Of a stretch of 64,000 nt of DNA, positions 1 through 9,232 are shown one piece after another (position 1 is the first letter of the stretch; each line of letters begins with the position of its first letter). Position numbers and translations under genes: made by a program. The stretch lies in NCBI GenBank assembly GCA_963790475.1, contig CAWBOS010000010.1:896001-960000 (forward strand), written 5' to 3'. The notes below the pieces were generated by a model. It did no database searches and was not told the origin of the DNA. It saw only the letters and a program-made list of their open reading frames with translations. The stretch comes from an uncultured delta proteobacterium (GTDB taxonomy: Bacteria; Desulfobacterota; RBG-13-43-22).

Positions 1-171
1 ACAGGCCGGGAAACGAACCGAGTCTGGGTCAAGATGAACAAATGGCAATCGGTCAATCGACGGGAGGTTCGTTGTGTTATGAATCTCCAATGGTTCAGAA
101 GGCAAAGGTTGACCTTTCTAGGTGACTTCATCCAGAGGCAACTACCTCTTGAACTGAAATTCAGTCGCTAA
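1..171 (+). CDS. C-terminal fragment of a group II intron-encoded reverse transcriptase/maturase (partial, not in ORF track)
   Basis: Open frame ...WQSVNRREVRCVMNLQWFRRQRLTFLGDFIQRQLPLELKFSR* resembles the end of En-minus maturases and stops immediately before domain V. Confidence 0.6.
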   Translation, partial: TGRETNRVWVKMNKWQSVNRREVRCVMNLQWFRRQRLTFLGDFIQRQLPLELKFSR

Positions 172-249
172 TCGAAGAGCGGCTTACCTGGCCGGTACGA
201 GCCGTTCTGTTGGGAGGGGGTAGGCCTTCTCGGCTACCTCCTACCAGAT
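1..249 (+). mobile_element. 3' end of a group II intron (IEP C-terminus, domain V, domain VI); 5' part lies outside the window
   Basis: Domain V-like hairpin AGAGCGGCTT-ACC-TGGCC-GGT-AC-GAGCCGTTCT at about 176-208 (AGC triad, AC bulge). Domain VI-like GGGGTAGGCC...GGCTACCTCCTACCAGAT ends in AY at 249, directly after an ORF stop at 169-171. Confidence 0.8.
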
Positions 250-442
250 TAAAGGGAATAAACATGGGTACTTCATGTTGATATTTGACATAAGGATCGC
301 CAAATTCCATGACCACTTTATTTTCTTCGAGCCTTGTACCAATCAGAATATAAAGTGTCAAAATTGTGTTTACAACTATATCCGATAGACTGAAAGTTTG
401 ACACCATAGATATATTATCAATGCGAAATATATTGGATGTCT

Positions 443-2417
443 GTACGCAGTAACAACTGTTTACACTTACGGGTTAAAGTCCCGTCCGGGGAGTTGTCCG
501 TTCACCCCGGTAGATCAAGGGAGCGGCGTTCGGGTAACCGGGGGTCGTAAGTTCCCAATTGGCAAAGCCACAGGCCGTAATGGAAATGAACCAATAGGTA
601 GCCTCGTAAATATAAAGTGAAGATGCCGACCCAGTGGACATATGGGGAAGGCCGATGTTAAGGGCTTGGAAAACGGAAGCAGCCTTTGAGATCTTCCGGG
701 GTAGCAAGGACGGCATGCGGTGGAAGATAAACAGTCCAGTGCTGGAGACCCGATGAGGTGATGGAAGAGGAACATCAACCGATACGTATAAGGAGACGAA
801 ATCGTATTGGGCCGTATCGGGAGTCGGAGGGGTTCATAGTACCGCTTGAGGGCAAGGGACAACAAAACCCGGCCCGAGGGAAGGGACCCTGCTTTGTTCA
901 AGTAACCGAAGAGTGGAGGGAGAGGGGATTGCAGCGATGCTAACAACCCCGGAAAGTATCAGGACACTACAGAGGAAGCTCTACCGGAAGGCCAAGCAGG
1001 AGAAAGCCTATCGTTTCTACGCCTTATATGACAAGGTGTACCGGGCGGACATTCTCAGTCATGCCTACAGTCTTGTCCGGGCCAATAAAGGGAGCGCCGG
1101 AATAGACGGAGTTACCTTTGAGGCTATCGAGACGGAAGAAGGGATAACCGCCTTTATGGCGGAGTTGGAAGAAGCACTGAAGAGCAAGACTTATCGACCG
1201 GACCCGGTAAAGCGGGTGATGATACCCAAGGCCAACGGTGACAAAAGGCCATTGGGTATACCGACGATACGGGACCGGGTAGCCCAGATGGCCGTAAAGC
1301 TGGTCATCGAACCGATCTTTGAAGCAGACTTTTGCGACAGCTCATACGGGTTTAGGCCCAGGAAGTCAGCCCACGACGCCGTTGATGATGTAGCCTCGGC
1401 CATGCATAGAGGGTACACGGAGATCATCGACGCCGATCTGAGCAAATACTTCGATACCATTCCCCACGCCAACCTCCTGGCTGTAGTTGCCGAGCGGATC
1501 AGTGATGGTGAGATATTGCGCATCATCAAGATGTGGCTCAAAGCCCCGGTCATGGAAGTGGACCAGGATGGAAAGAAAAAGAACATCGGCGGTGGCAAGG
1601 AAAACCGTCAAGGCACCCCGCAAGGGGGGGTAATCTCACCAATATTGGCGAACCTGTACCTGCATCTAATGGACAGGATATGGGAACGGCATCAGTTGGA
1701 GAAGAAACTCGGGGCACGGATCGTGCGCTATGCGGACGATATTGTTGTCCTCTGCCGGTGCGGAACCGAACGCCCGATGCAGATGCTGCGACGGATACTG
1801 GCGAAACTGGGGCTTACCCTGAACGAGGCCAAGACGAAGACCGTCAATGCCTACAAAGGGAGTTACAACTTCCTTGGATATACGATCCGGATGGGACGGA
1901 GCAATAGAACGGGGAAGTACTACCCTCACGTCCAACCTTCAAAGAAAGCCATACAATCTATCAAAGACCGAGTGACGGCAATTACGGATCGATCCCGAAC
2001 CATTATGCCTATCGAGTGGGTGGTGAATGAAGTTAACGCCACCGTGCGGGGATGGGTCGGCTACTTTCATTACCGCAATTGCAGTACCACACTGGCTCGG
2101 ATACGGGGGCATGTGGAAGAGCGGTTGATCACACACCTGCGAAAGCGGCACAAGGTCAGAGATAGAAAGATGGGGTATCTCAGGTTCAAACGAAGGGCGC
2201 TATACGAGAAGTACGGTCTCTACAAGGTGCCGACTTCGGCGGGCTGGACAAAGCGCATGCCCTGCGGTGAAGGACATCGGAAAGCCGTGTGCGGGAAAAC
2301 CGCATGCACGGTTTGATGAGGGAGGGCTGGCCCCGGCTGACCACTATAGCTCGTAGTAGATGCGTGCATCGGAAAGACCAAAAGTGGCACCAGTCAGGTT
2401 CCAGCTCTCTACTCTAC
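443..2417 (+). mobile_element. Complete group II intron with RT/maturase ORF
   Basis: Begins GTACG and ends CTCTACTCTAC. Domain V AAGCCGTGTGCGGGAAAACCGCATGCACGGTTT at about 2282-2314. EBS1 GGACAT (636-641, loop of CCCA/TGGG stem) pairs with IBS1 ATGTCT (437-442). Removing it restores the host reading frame. Confidence 0.93.
937..2316 (+). CDS. ltrA: Group II intron reverse transcriptase/maturase, no endonuclease domain
   Basis: RT motifs RPLGIPTIRDR, SYGFRP, GTPQGGVISPILANLYL, RYADD, FLGY and maturase GWVGYF. ATG at 937. Confidence 0.95.
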   Translation: MLTTPESIRTLQRKLYRKAKQEKAYRFYALYDKVYRADILSHAYSLVRANKGSAGIDGVTFEAIETEEGITAFMAELEEALKSKTYRPDPVKRVMIPKANGDKRPLGIPTIRDRVAQMAVKLVIEPIFEADFCDSSYGFRPRKSAHDAVDDVASAMHRGYTEIIDADLSKYFDTIPHANLLAVVAERISDGEILRIIKMWLKAPVMEVDQDGKKKNIGGGKENRQGTPQGGVISPILANLYLHLMDRIWERHQLEKKLGARIVRYADDIVVLCRCGTERPMQMLRRILAKLGLTLNEAKTKTVNAYKGSYNFLGYTIRMGRSNRTGKYYPHVQPSKKAIQSIKDRVTAITDRSRTIMPIEWVVNEVNATVRGWVGYFHYRNCSTTLARIRGHVEERLITHLRKRHKVRDRKMGYLRFKRRALYEKYGLYKVPTSAGWTKRMPCGEGHRKAVCGKTACTV

Positions 2418-2588
2418 TATTATTCCTAATAGACCTTCTTTTTTAATTTCTTCCGATTGAAATCATCACATAAGCAAGTCTGTAAAAGGAATAATAGTTC
2501 TTTAACACTCGAGTCATTAGATTTGTGAATCTTATACTGATCAGGTAGCTATGCTATCCTTTGATCGAATAGATGCATTTCTTTCTCC

Positions 2589-2635
2589 TCAGGGTCAACA
2601 CCCAAACCAATTTTCCGGTCGGGTGTTGACCCTGA
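2589..2635 (-). terminator. Strong hairpin downstream of the small sigma54-linked operon
   Basis: 15-bp perfect inverted repeat TCAGGGTCAACACCC / GGGTGTTGACCCTGA, 29 nt after the 2664 stop. Confidence 0.6.
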
Positions 2636-2663
2636 TTGAATAGTTAGATGATATAAAATTGTT

Positions 2664-2903
2664 TCAACAGTTTTCATTGGTTGGCTTGGAACAGGTAGAG
2701 TCGAATAGATATTCCCTGGTTACCATCGTCCCCAGTATAATTACGCCGACGCCGAGAAAACCCATCCCCCAACCCACATCGGCCAGGAAGGCTACTGCTA
2801 TCCAAATGAAAAACAAACCCCAGCCAACTTCATCTAACTTCAGGGCTAATTTTTTTTTTCGGGCAGCCTTGAAGTCCTGAGTATTGTTATTTGTCTCCAA
2901 CAT
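2664..2903 (-). CDS. Small membrane protein (2 TM), unknown function
   Basis: GGAGG RBS before ATG 2903; two hydrophobic segments (GWGLFFIWIAVAFL, GMGFLGVGVIILG). Confidence 0.7.
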   Translation of the reverse strand: MLETNNNTQDFKAARKKKLALKLDEVGWGLFFIWIAVAFLADVGWGMGFLGVGVIILGTMVTREYLFDSTCSKPTNENC

Positions 2904-3150
2904 GACCTTCCTCCTTTTTGGTTTCTTTGGGTCTCTCATCAGTGCCGCGACACCCCTTCATCATATCCCGCATCATTTCAGCGCAAGAGAAGCCGCAGCA
3001 ATCCCCCTTTTTCTCCGTGACCTTCTTCATCATCTCTGTACAAAGTGAGCCGATCCCTTGTTGACCGAACATCTTTTGCATCATCTCTGCCATGGGGGTG
3101 TCCTCTAAGCAGGTAGTGAAATCTTTTTGATTCTGAACTTTTTCCGCCAT
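2887..3150 (-). CDS. Small Met/Cys-rich protein, unknown function
   Basis: GGAGG RBS before ATG 3150; repeated C/M-x-E-M-M units (MAEMMQKM, CTEMMKK, CCGFSCAEMMRDMM). Confidence 0.7.
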   Translation of the reverse strand: MAEKVQNQKDFTTCLEDTPMAEMMQKMFGQQGIGSLCTEMMKKVTEKKGDCCGFSCAEMMRDMMKGCRGTDERPKETKKEEGHVGDK

Positions 3151-3192
3151 TTTATTACCTCCGTTTTGTTTTTGTCTTTGCAGATCTAAAGA

Positions 3193-3207
3193 GCAGGAAG
3201 TATGCCA
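3193..3207 (-). promoter_or_regulatory. Sigma54 (-24/-12) promoter
   Basis: TGGCATACTTCCTGC has GG and GC at the consensus spacing, 43 nt upstream of ATG 3150. Confidence 0.7.
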
Positions 3208-3317
3208 TACGGAGGATCTGGACCGATGATATTGAAAGCCATCTTCTAACTTGTTGAAAATATAAATTTTACACTGATGGCCGCTTAAAAAAAGAGAAAG
3301 AGGTGTATTAGGATTGA

Positions 3318-3362
3318 TTACCGATGGCAATGAAATCGATCGTCAGACATTACCATTGGTAA
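3318..3362. promoter_or_regulatory. Candidate enhancer (UAS) pair for a sigma54 activator
   Basis: Two related palindromes, TTACCGATGGCAA (3318-3330) and TTACCATTGGTAA (3350-3362), 32 nt apart and 110-155 nt upstream of the -24 box. Confidence 0.5.
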
Positions 3363-3476
3363 CAACTTCAATGGCCAAATCCTTCTATGAAAGGGTTAGA
3401 GTGGAGAAAGAAAGATAGTCCTTGGAAAGAAAGAGTGAGGAAGGAAAGACAGAAGGGGTCGTGGTTCAATAATGAA

Positions 3477-4503
3477 TCATACCGATTTTTCCGGTTTGGG
3501 AAGGTTCCAACGTTTTCGTTTCTCCCACAGGTTCTTCCGGCTGATCCCTAGAATCTCAGCGATTTGTTCTTCGGAGTGATCCGTCTGCAGGGCCAGGATG
3601 GACTCCTTGGCATATTCCTCAACGGACACAAAATTTCCGGAACTCCATGAGGCGTCCTTTTTGGCGAGCAGTTTTGGTGGGAGCTGTTCCGGGCGTATGG
3701 GATTCCCTTCGTCGGTGAGGTGTAAGGCATATTCGATCACATTTTCCATCTCTCTCACATTTCCGGGCCAGGAGTAGTTCATGAATATCTTGAGGGTTTC
3801 AGATGAGACCCCCGTCAGGTTGCGGGAATGGGTGTCACAAAGACGCTGGAGAAGGTGAGTGGCTAGCGGAGGAATATCCTCCTTTCTTTTGCGAAGCGGG
3901 GGCAGAAAAATGGGGATCACATTTAAACGGAAAAAAAGGTCTTCCCGGAATACCCCTTCGCGGATCGCCTCTTCCAGATTCCGGTTTGTTGCCGAGATGA
4001 TCCGGACATCAAATTTTCTGTCGGAGTTAAAGACAACGGCCCGTGTAATAAGCTCCTTCCCGGTACCGGATTCTCCAAAGATCAATACCGAGCTCATGGT
4101 GGAAGCCACCCTTTCAATAAGCCTAAAGATCGCTTTCATCTCCTTGGACTGGGTTACGATATTATTAAACCGGGCCTGACGTTCTATTTCCCGCCGCAGT
4201 GTGACGCACTCCTCGGAAAGCCGGATCTGTTCGGTCACGTTGCGAACAACCTCCACAGCCCCGATAATCTTCCCTTTCTTATCCTTGAAGGGGCCTGAAA
4301 AAACCTCCATCCATAGAATGTTGCCGTCCGGCAGTTGAATGTCCCGAAGGGCTTTTTTGGGTTTCCCGTCTTTGATGACCTCCAGGATAATACAATTTTC
4401 ACAGGGCTCCTGCCGTCCACGATAAGCCTCATAGCACTTGGCACCGATGTTGGACCCGTATATCTGCTGGACGGCCTCGTTCTGGAATATGACTATCCGG
4501 TAA
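3477..4503 (-). pseudogene. PAS-domain sigma54-dependent Fis-family activator with internal AAA+ deletion and no start codon
   Basis: PAS (KCYEAYRGRQEPCENC), Walker A GESGTGKE, FREDLFFRL, WPGNVRE and HTH are present. The GAFTGA loop and Walker B are absent (NSDR joins KFDVRIISATN). The frame is open upstream of 4310 without a start. Confidence 0.8.
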
Positions 4504-4700
4504 ATTAGCCGATCATAAAAAAAGTGACAAATGAAAACAAAAAGATTATGCCATATTTAAATAAGTTAGTGACTCTTCCCTATTATTTATAGGCTATTAA
4601 CTTCTCCTGACTCAAGAAGGGGAGGGTGTCCAATGTAATTGGACTAACCCCGTTGCCCGATTGAAGTAAAAATGTGAGACTCTGGTTTTAAAACAACCTA

Positions 4701-5036
4701 TCATAAAGGCTCAACGCGGCAGGGGACATAGCGATGCAGCGGCGTGGCCGCCACCCGGTCACGATGGGTAATTTTTGTCAGCCGGTTCACATTGGCTCCG
4801 TATTTTTTCCCGTCATAGATCAACCCGAATCCATGCGGTAGAATCACCTGGCCTTTTCTTGTTCCGTCGGCAACCTCGATTTCAATGGTCTCTTTACCGG
4901 CCTCGGTGAGACGGTGAACGATCTGTCCATCCTTAAGTCCCCTGGCCTCGGCATCTCCCGGGTGCATGAGCAGCGTACAGGCCCTTCGTCCTTCATTCCA
5001 GCCAGGGTCCCTCATATCCTCCTTGTCTTTCGCCAT
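4701..5036 (-). pseudogene. Isolated C-terminal molybdopterin dinucleotide-binding domain of a Mo/W-bisPGD oxidoreductase
   Basis: MHPGDAEARGLKDG...G.V.LPHGFG...NVNRLT; catalytic domains absent. Confidence 0.7.
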
Positions 5037-5169
5037 ACAATGTAAATCTATTTATTTTAGTAAAGGAAATCAATATGATTTTTTCACTCGAATTATTCAT
5101 CAAAACTAATAATTGACATCCCGTTGAATTAATGGTTAAAAATATATAATAATTCAAGGAGGCTATTAA

Positions 5170-6447
5170 ATGGCCGATATTCTGGCCTTTGTGCTGGCCG
5201 GGGGTAGGGTGGATGAACTTAGCGTTCTTACCTTTGACCGGCCTAAATCCGCTTTGCCTTTTGCCGGCAATTTCCGGGTGATCGATTTCGCCCTCAGCAA
5301 TCTAATGCATGCCCGGATAAGGCGGGTGGGGATCTTGTCTCAATATCGGTCCACTTCTTTGATCAACCATATCGGCACCGGGGCCTCTTGGGATATGACC
5401 GGGCGCCGACGTCAGGTAACCCTGCTTCCCCCATCCACCGGACAAAAAAATTCCGACTGGTATAAAGGGACGGCCGATGCCGTGGCCCAAAATCTGGATT
5501 TTATTAATGAGAATAATCCGGACCTGGTCTTGATTCTTTCCGGAGACCATATCTATCGAATGGATTATCAGCGACTAATCCAGTTTCACGAGGACCATAA
5601 GGCCGATGTCACTGCCGGCTTTATCAAAGTTCCCCCCGAAGAGGCCCATCGCTTTGGTCTGGGGGTGATGGAAGAAAAAGAGGGGCGGCCGGGTGGACGA
5701 TTGAGGTCCTATCAGGAGAAACCCGCAACGCCTCAATCCCAGTGGGCCTCTTTGACCATCTATCTTTTTAAGACCGAGGTCCTAATTGAAATTCTCAAAC
5801 AAACCCAGGCCCGCAGCGAAGGAATTGAATTCGGCCGTGATATCTTTCCCTCGCTGGTTCGGCAATTCCGGGTTTTCGGATATATCTTTTCCGGATACTG
5901 GGGCTATACCCGTACCCTGGATGAATATTGGCAAACGCATATGGATCTGTTTGGGACGGACACCAAGATCAATCTGAAGCAATGGCAAATTCGTACCAAT
6001 CTGGAACATGAACGGATTCGGGAACGTCAACCGGCGGTGATTGGACCTGACGCCGACTTGAACCAGGTTCTATTGACGCACGGCTGCCGGGTGGAGGGTA
6101 CGGTCAAAAGGAGTATTCTGTTTCCCGGAGTTCAAATTGAACCAAGGGCGGTGGTAGAAGATTCCATCCTCTTTTTTGATACGGTTGTTGAATCCGGGGC
6201 CAAGGTAATAAAAACACTTACCGACATCGGGGTCAGAATCGGAGAGGACGCCCGGATCGGGGACCGGGGCAAGGTCATAGCCAATCGGGCCTCTCCCCAA
6301 CTTCTATTTTCCGGGTTGACGGTAATAGGGCGGAAAACCTCTCTGCCTTCCCGGATAAGGGTAGGAGGCAATTGTATCCTTTATCCCTTTTTGGAAGAAA
6401 ATTCTTTTGAATCAATGGAGATTCCTTCCGGAGCGACTGTGTCATGA
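5170..6447 (+). CDS. ADP-glucose pyrophosphorylase-like subunit (GlgD-like/divergent GlgC)
   Basis: WYKGTADAV, LSGDHIY, EKP and hexapeptide C-terminus, but the N-terminal motif reads LAGGRVDEL instead of LAGGxGxRL. Confidence 0.8.
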   Translation: MADILAFVLAGGRVDELSVLTFDRPKSALPFAGNFRVIDFALSNLMHARIRRVGILSQYRSTSLINHIGTGASWDMTGRRRQVTLLPPSTGQKNSDWYKGTADAVAQNLDFINENNPDLVLILSGDHIYRMDYQRLIQFHEDHKADVTAGFIKVPPEEAHRFGLGVMEEKEGRPGGRLRSYQEKPATPQSQWASLTIYLFKTEVLIEILKQTQARSEGIEFGRDIFPSLVRQFRVFGYIFSGYWGYTRTLDEYWQTHMDLFGTDTKINLKQWQIRTNLEHERIRERQPAVIGPDADLNQVLLTHGCRVEGTVKRSILFPGVQIEPRAVVEDSILFFDTVVESGAKVIKTLTDIGVRIGEDARIGDRGKVIANRASPQLLFSGLTVIGRKTSLPSRIRVGGNCILYPFLEENSFESMEIPSGATVS

Positions 6448-7701
6448 GCAATACCCTGGTTATGTTATTAGCCGGAGGGGAAGGCAGCCGGTTGAATGTC
6501 CTGGTCGAGGCCCGGGCCAAACCCGCCGTGCCCTTTGGCGGGATCTATCGGATTATTGATTTCACTTTAAGCAACATTATGAATTCGGGACTGGAACGGG
6601 TAGGAGTTCTGACCCAGTACAAGCCCCTTTCATTGATGACTCATATCGGTTCGGGAAAAGCCTGGGATTTCGAAGGCCGAAACCGGGGCATTAAAATTCT
6701 TCCTCCCCATACCGGCGAAAAAGATTCGGACTGGTACAAAGGCACGGCCGATGCCTTGCGTCAAAACATGGAATATCTGAAGCGTTATGATCCGGAACAA
6801 ATCCTGATTGTTTCCGGCGATCACATCTATTACATGGATTATGCCCCGATGATCGCCTTCCATAAGCAAAACCGGGCCGATTTAACCGTAGCCATGATGG
6901 AGGTTCCCAGAGACCAACTGGTTCATTTCGGGACTGCCCAGGTGAACGGGCAGGGTCGAATCAAAGATTGGGAAGAAAAACCCAACAAGCCCAAGGGGAC
7001 TCTGGCTTCCCTGGGCATTTATGTTTTCCGGACGTCCTATTTACTGAAAGCGCTTCAGGAACCGAAGGCCATGGATTTTGGCCGGGACCTTATCCCCTCG
7101 GTTATCAAAAAGGATCGTGTTTTTGCCTATTCTTTTTCCGGGTACTGGCGGGATGTAGGGACCTTGTCTTTTTATTATCAGGCTCACTTGGATCTCTTGA
7201 AATCCGGATCAGGGCTGAATCCTGAGGCCTGGAGGGTGCAAACCAATTTGGAAGAAGAAGGATTGAAAGGGGACCGCCCGGCGGTTATCCTTCAAAAAAA
7301 TGCGCGAGGTGGTTCGATCTTATCTTTCGGCCGATACCATCATTGAAGGCCGGGTAGAAGGATCGGTTCTTTCCCCCGGAGTCCGGGTGGGCAAAGGGGC
7401 CCAGGTGTTAAATTCCATCCTAATGCATGACTGTCAGGTAGAGGCCGAAGCCCATCTGGATCGAGTGATTGTTGATAAAAAGGTCCGCATAGGACAAAAG
7501 GCCTCCATCATCGGCCAGGCGGAACTGCCTAACCGGGAATTTCCCGGGCAGTTAAAAGAAGGTTTAACTTTGATCGGGAAAGGAGCGTCTATCCCTCCAA
7601 AGATCAAGATTCAGGGTAATACCATTATCTTCCCCTCAGTCGAAGAAGGGGATTTTTCCGGGTTGGTAATGGACGAAGGAGAAACGGTGAGGAAAAGATA
7701 G
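6444..7701 (+). CDS. glgC: Glucose-1-phosphate adenylyltransferase (frameshift near 7300)
   Basis: LAGGEGSRL, RAKPAVPFGG, SGDHIY, EEKP, YWRDVGT. The beta-helix continues in ORF 7300..7701 after an A-run. Confidence 0.88.
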
Positions 7702-7776
7702 AATCATTTTGGATCAGATTGCGGATTTCGAAAAGAAGAAATATTTTTGTACTAAAGTGAAAAAACAGGGGGAATC

Positions 7777-9054
7777 ATGAACAAGAAGGCAATCATATTC
7801 ATAACCGTATTAATGAGTATTTTCTTGACCCGGCTGGCGGTTGCGGAAGAATGGGATCTGAAGACCTGCCTGGACATCGGGCTAAAGCAAAATCCAACGA
7901 TTCGTGCCGCCTTGAAAGGGATTGACGCGGCGGAGGCTCGGGTAAAGCAGAGCCAGTCGACTTATTATCCCTATTTGTTTGTTGAAACCGATTACAACCG
8001 TTTTGACAACCAGAGTTCCCTGAACAGTATCTCTTCATTGAATCAGGGCCCTAACGAGCTCACCACCTATTTTTTTGGTGTGTCTCAGAATATTTACGAT
8101 TTTGGGCGCCGGGAGTACAAGGTACAGACTTCGAAGGAGGATTTAAAGACCTTTCAATGGAGCTTGAGGGATGTCCGGCTTACGGTGATTGATAATATTC
8201 GTCAAGCCTATTACGGGGTTTTACTGAGCCAACGGGCGTTAAAAGTCAGCCAGGAAGATTTAAAACGAACCCGGGACCATTTTCTACAAGCCCAGGGTTT
8301 TTACCAGGTTGGGTTGAAGGCCAAGATAGATGTAACCCAGGCTGAGGTGACGGTCATCACCGCCCAAAAGGCCTTGCTTCAGGCGGAGAGCAATGTGCAG
8401 TTGGCCTGGGTTACCCTGGCGGCTGCCATGGGTTTGGATCAACCTAAGGGCCACACCCTAAAGGACGACTTGGAAGGTGGTCGGGTGGACTGGAAACTGG
8501 AAGATCTTCAGAAGGAGGCCCTGGAGAAGGATCCGCTATTAAACCGGTTCAGGGTTATTGTCAAATTTTGGGAGGCTCAGGAACAAGAGGCCAAGAGTGA
8601 GTTTTTGCCTACTCTGACCGGCACGGCCAAATACGGATGGAACAACGGCACCAATTATTCCAATGACCAAACCTGGAATGTGGGATTGCAATTGAACCTC
8701 CCGATATTTTCCGGGTTTCTGAGAAGGTCCAAGTTGGCTGAAATTCGGGCCTCTCTGAGCCAGTCCAAGGCCAACGAAGAGATTCAGAGACTGCAAGTCC
8801 TCAGTAATCTTCAAAACCAGTTTCTCAATCTAGGGTTGGCGGAAAAACAGATCGATGTAGCCAAGGAGTCCCTGCGGAGTGCCAGTGAGAATTTGGATCT
8901 GGCCGAGGGACGTTATAAGGCCGGCGTGGGGAATATGTTAGATGTTACCGATGCCCGAAGCTCTTTTCTTCAAGCCGAGACCGATTACAACCAGGCCTTT
9001 TATAACAATATCACCGCCCGCTATAAGGTTGATAGGGCCGTCGGGAGAGAATAA
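7777..9054 (+). CDS. TolC-family outer membrane efflux protein
   Basis: Signal peptide, two OEP repeats, LNLPIFSG and RYKAGVG...DVTDA motifs. Confidence 0.9.
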   Translation: MNKKAIIFITVLMSIFLTRLAVAEEWDLKTCLDIGLKQNPTIRAALKGIDAAEARVKQSQSTYYPYLFVETDYNRFDNQSSLNSISSLNQGPNELTTYFFGVSQNIYDFGRREYKVQTSKEDLKTFQWSLRDVRLTVIDNIRQAYYGVLLSQRALKVSQEDLKRTRDHFLQAQGFYQVGLKAKIDVTQAEVTVITAQKALLQAESNVQLAWVTLAAAMGLDQPKGHTLKDDLEGGRVDWKLEDLQKEALEKDPLLNRFRVIVKFWEAQEQEAKSEFLPTLTGTAKYGWNNGTNYSNDQTWNVGLQLNLPIFSGFLRRSKLAEIRASLSQSKANEEIQRLQVLSNLQNQFLNLGLAEKQIDVAKESLRSASENLDLAEGRYKAGVGNMLDVTDARSSFLQAETDYNQAFYNNITARYKVDRAVGRE

Positions 9055-9232
9055 GTGCCCTGGGATTTTTTTCGAAGGATTATTTCATAAATAGGGTTTG
9101 AGGATTCGAAGATTGTATAGAAAAGCGGGCCATAGGAAATGCAATATTACAACATTACAACTTGGGGTCCGGAGCCTATCGCCCTCCTTAAATCTCTTCT
9201 TTTACGGCCGCTTTTTAAATTTCAATGAACTA

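Larger units (their letters stand above)
250..2462 (-). pseudogene. Isoprenylcysteine carboxyl methyltransferase (ICMT/NnrU-like) family membrane protein, interrupted by two antisense group II introns
   Basis: Joining 2462-2418 to 442-250 restores EEIKKEGLLGII|RHPIYFALIIYLW...LEENKVVMEFGDPYVKYQHEVPMFIP (RHPxY and EE...FG..Y..Y...VP motifs). An in-frame stop at 2463-2465 means the N-terminus is missing. Confidence 0.8.

Noticed and set aside
161-249. C-terminal extension NLVGGSREG... of ORF 161..421
   Set aside because: It is the antisense reading of intron domains V-VI, not host protein.
937-2316. RT as a retron, DGR, CRISPR-associated or defence RT
   Set aside because: YADD, a maturase domain and complete intron RNA (EBS1, domains V and VI) identify a group II intron; no TR/VR pair or msr-msd seen.
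4535-4575. Sigma54 promoter upstream of the activator pseudogene (TGGCATAATCTTTTT)
   Set aside because: Lacks the -12 GC dinucleotide.
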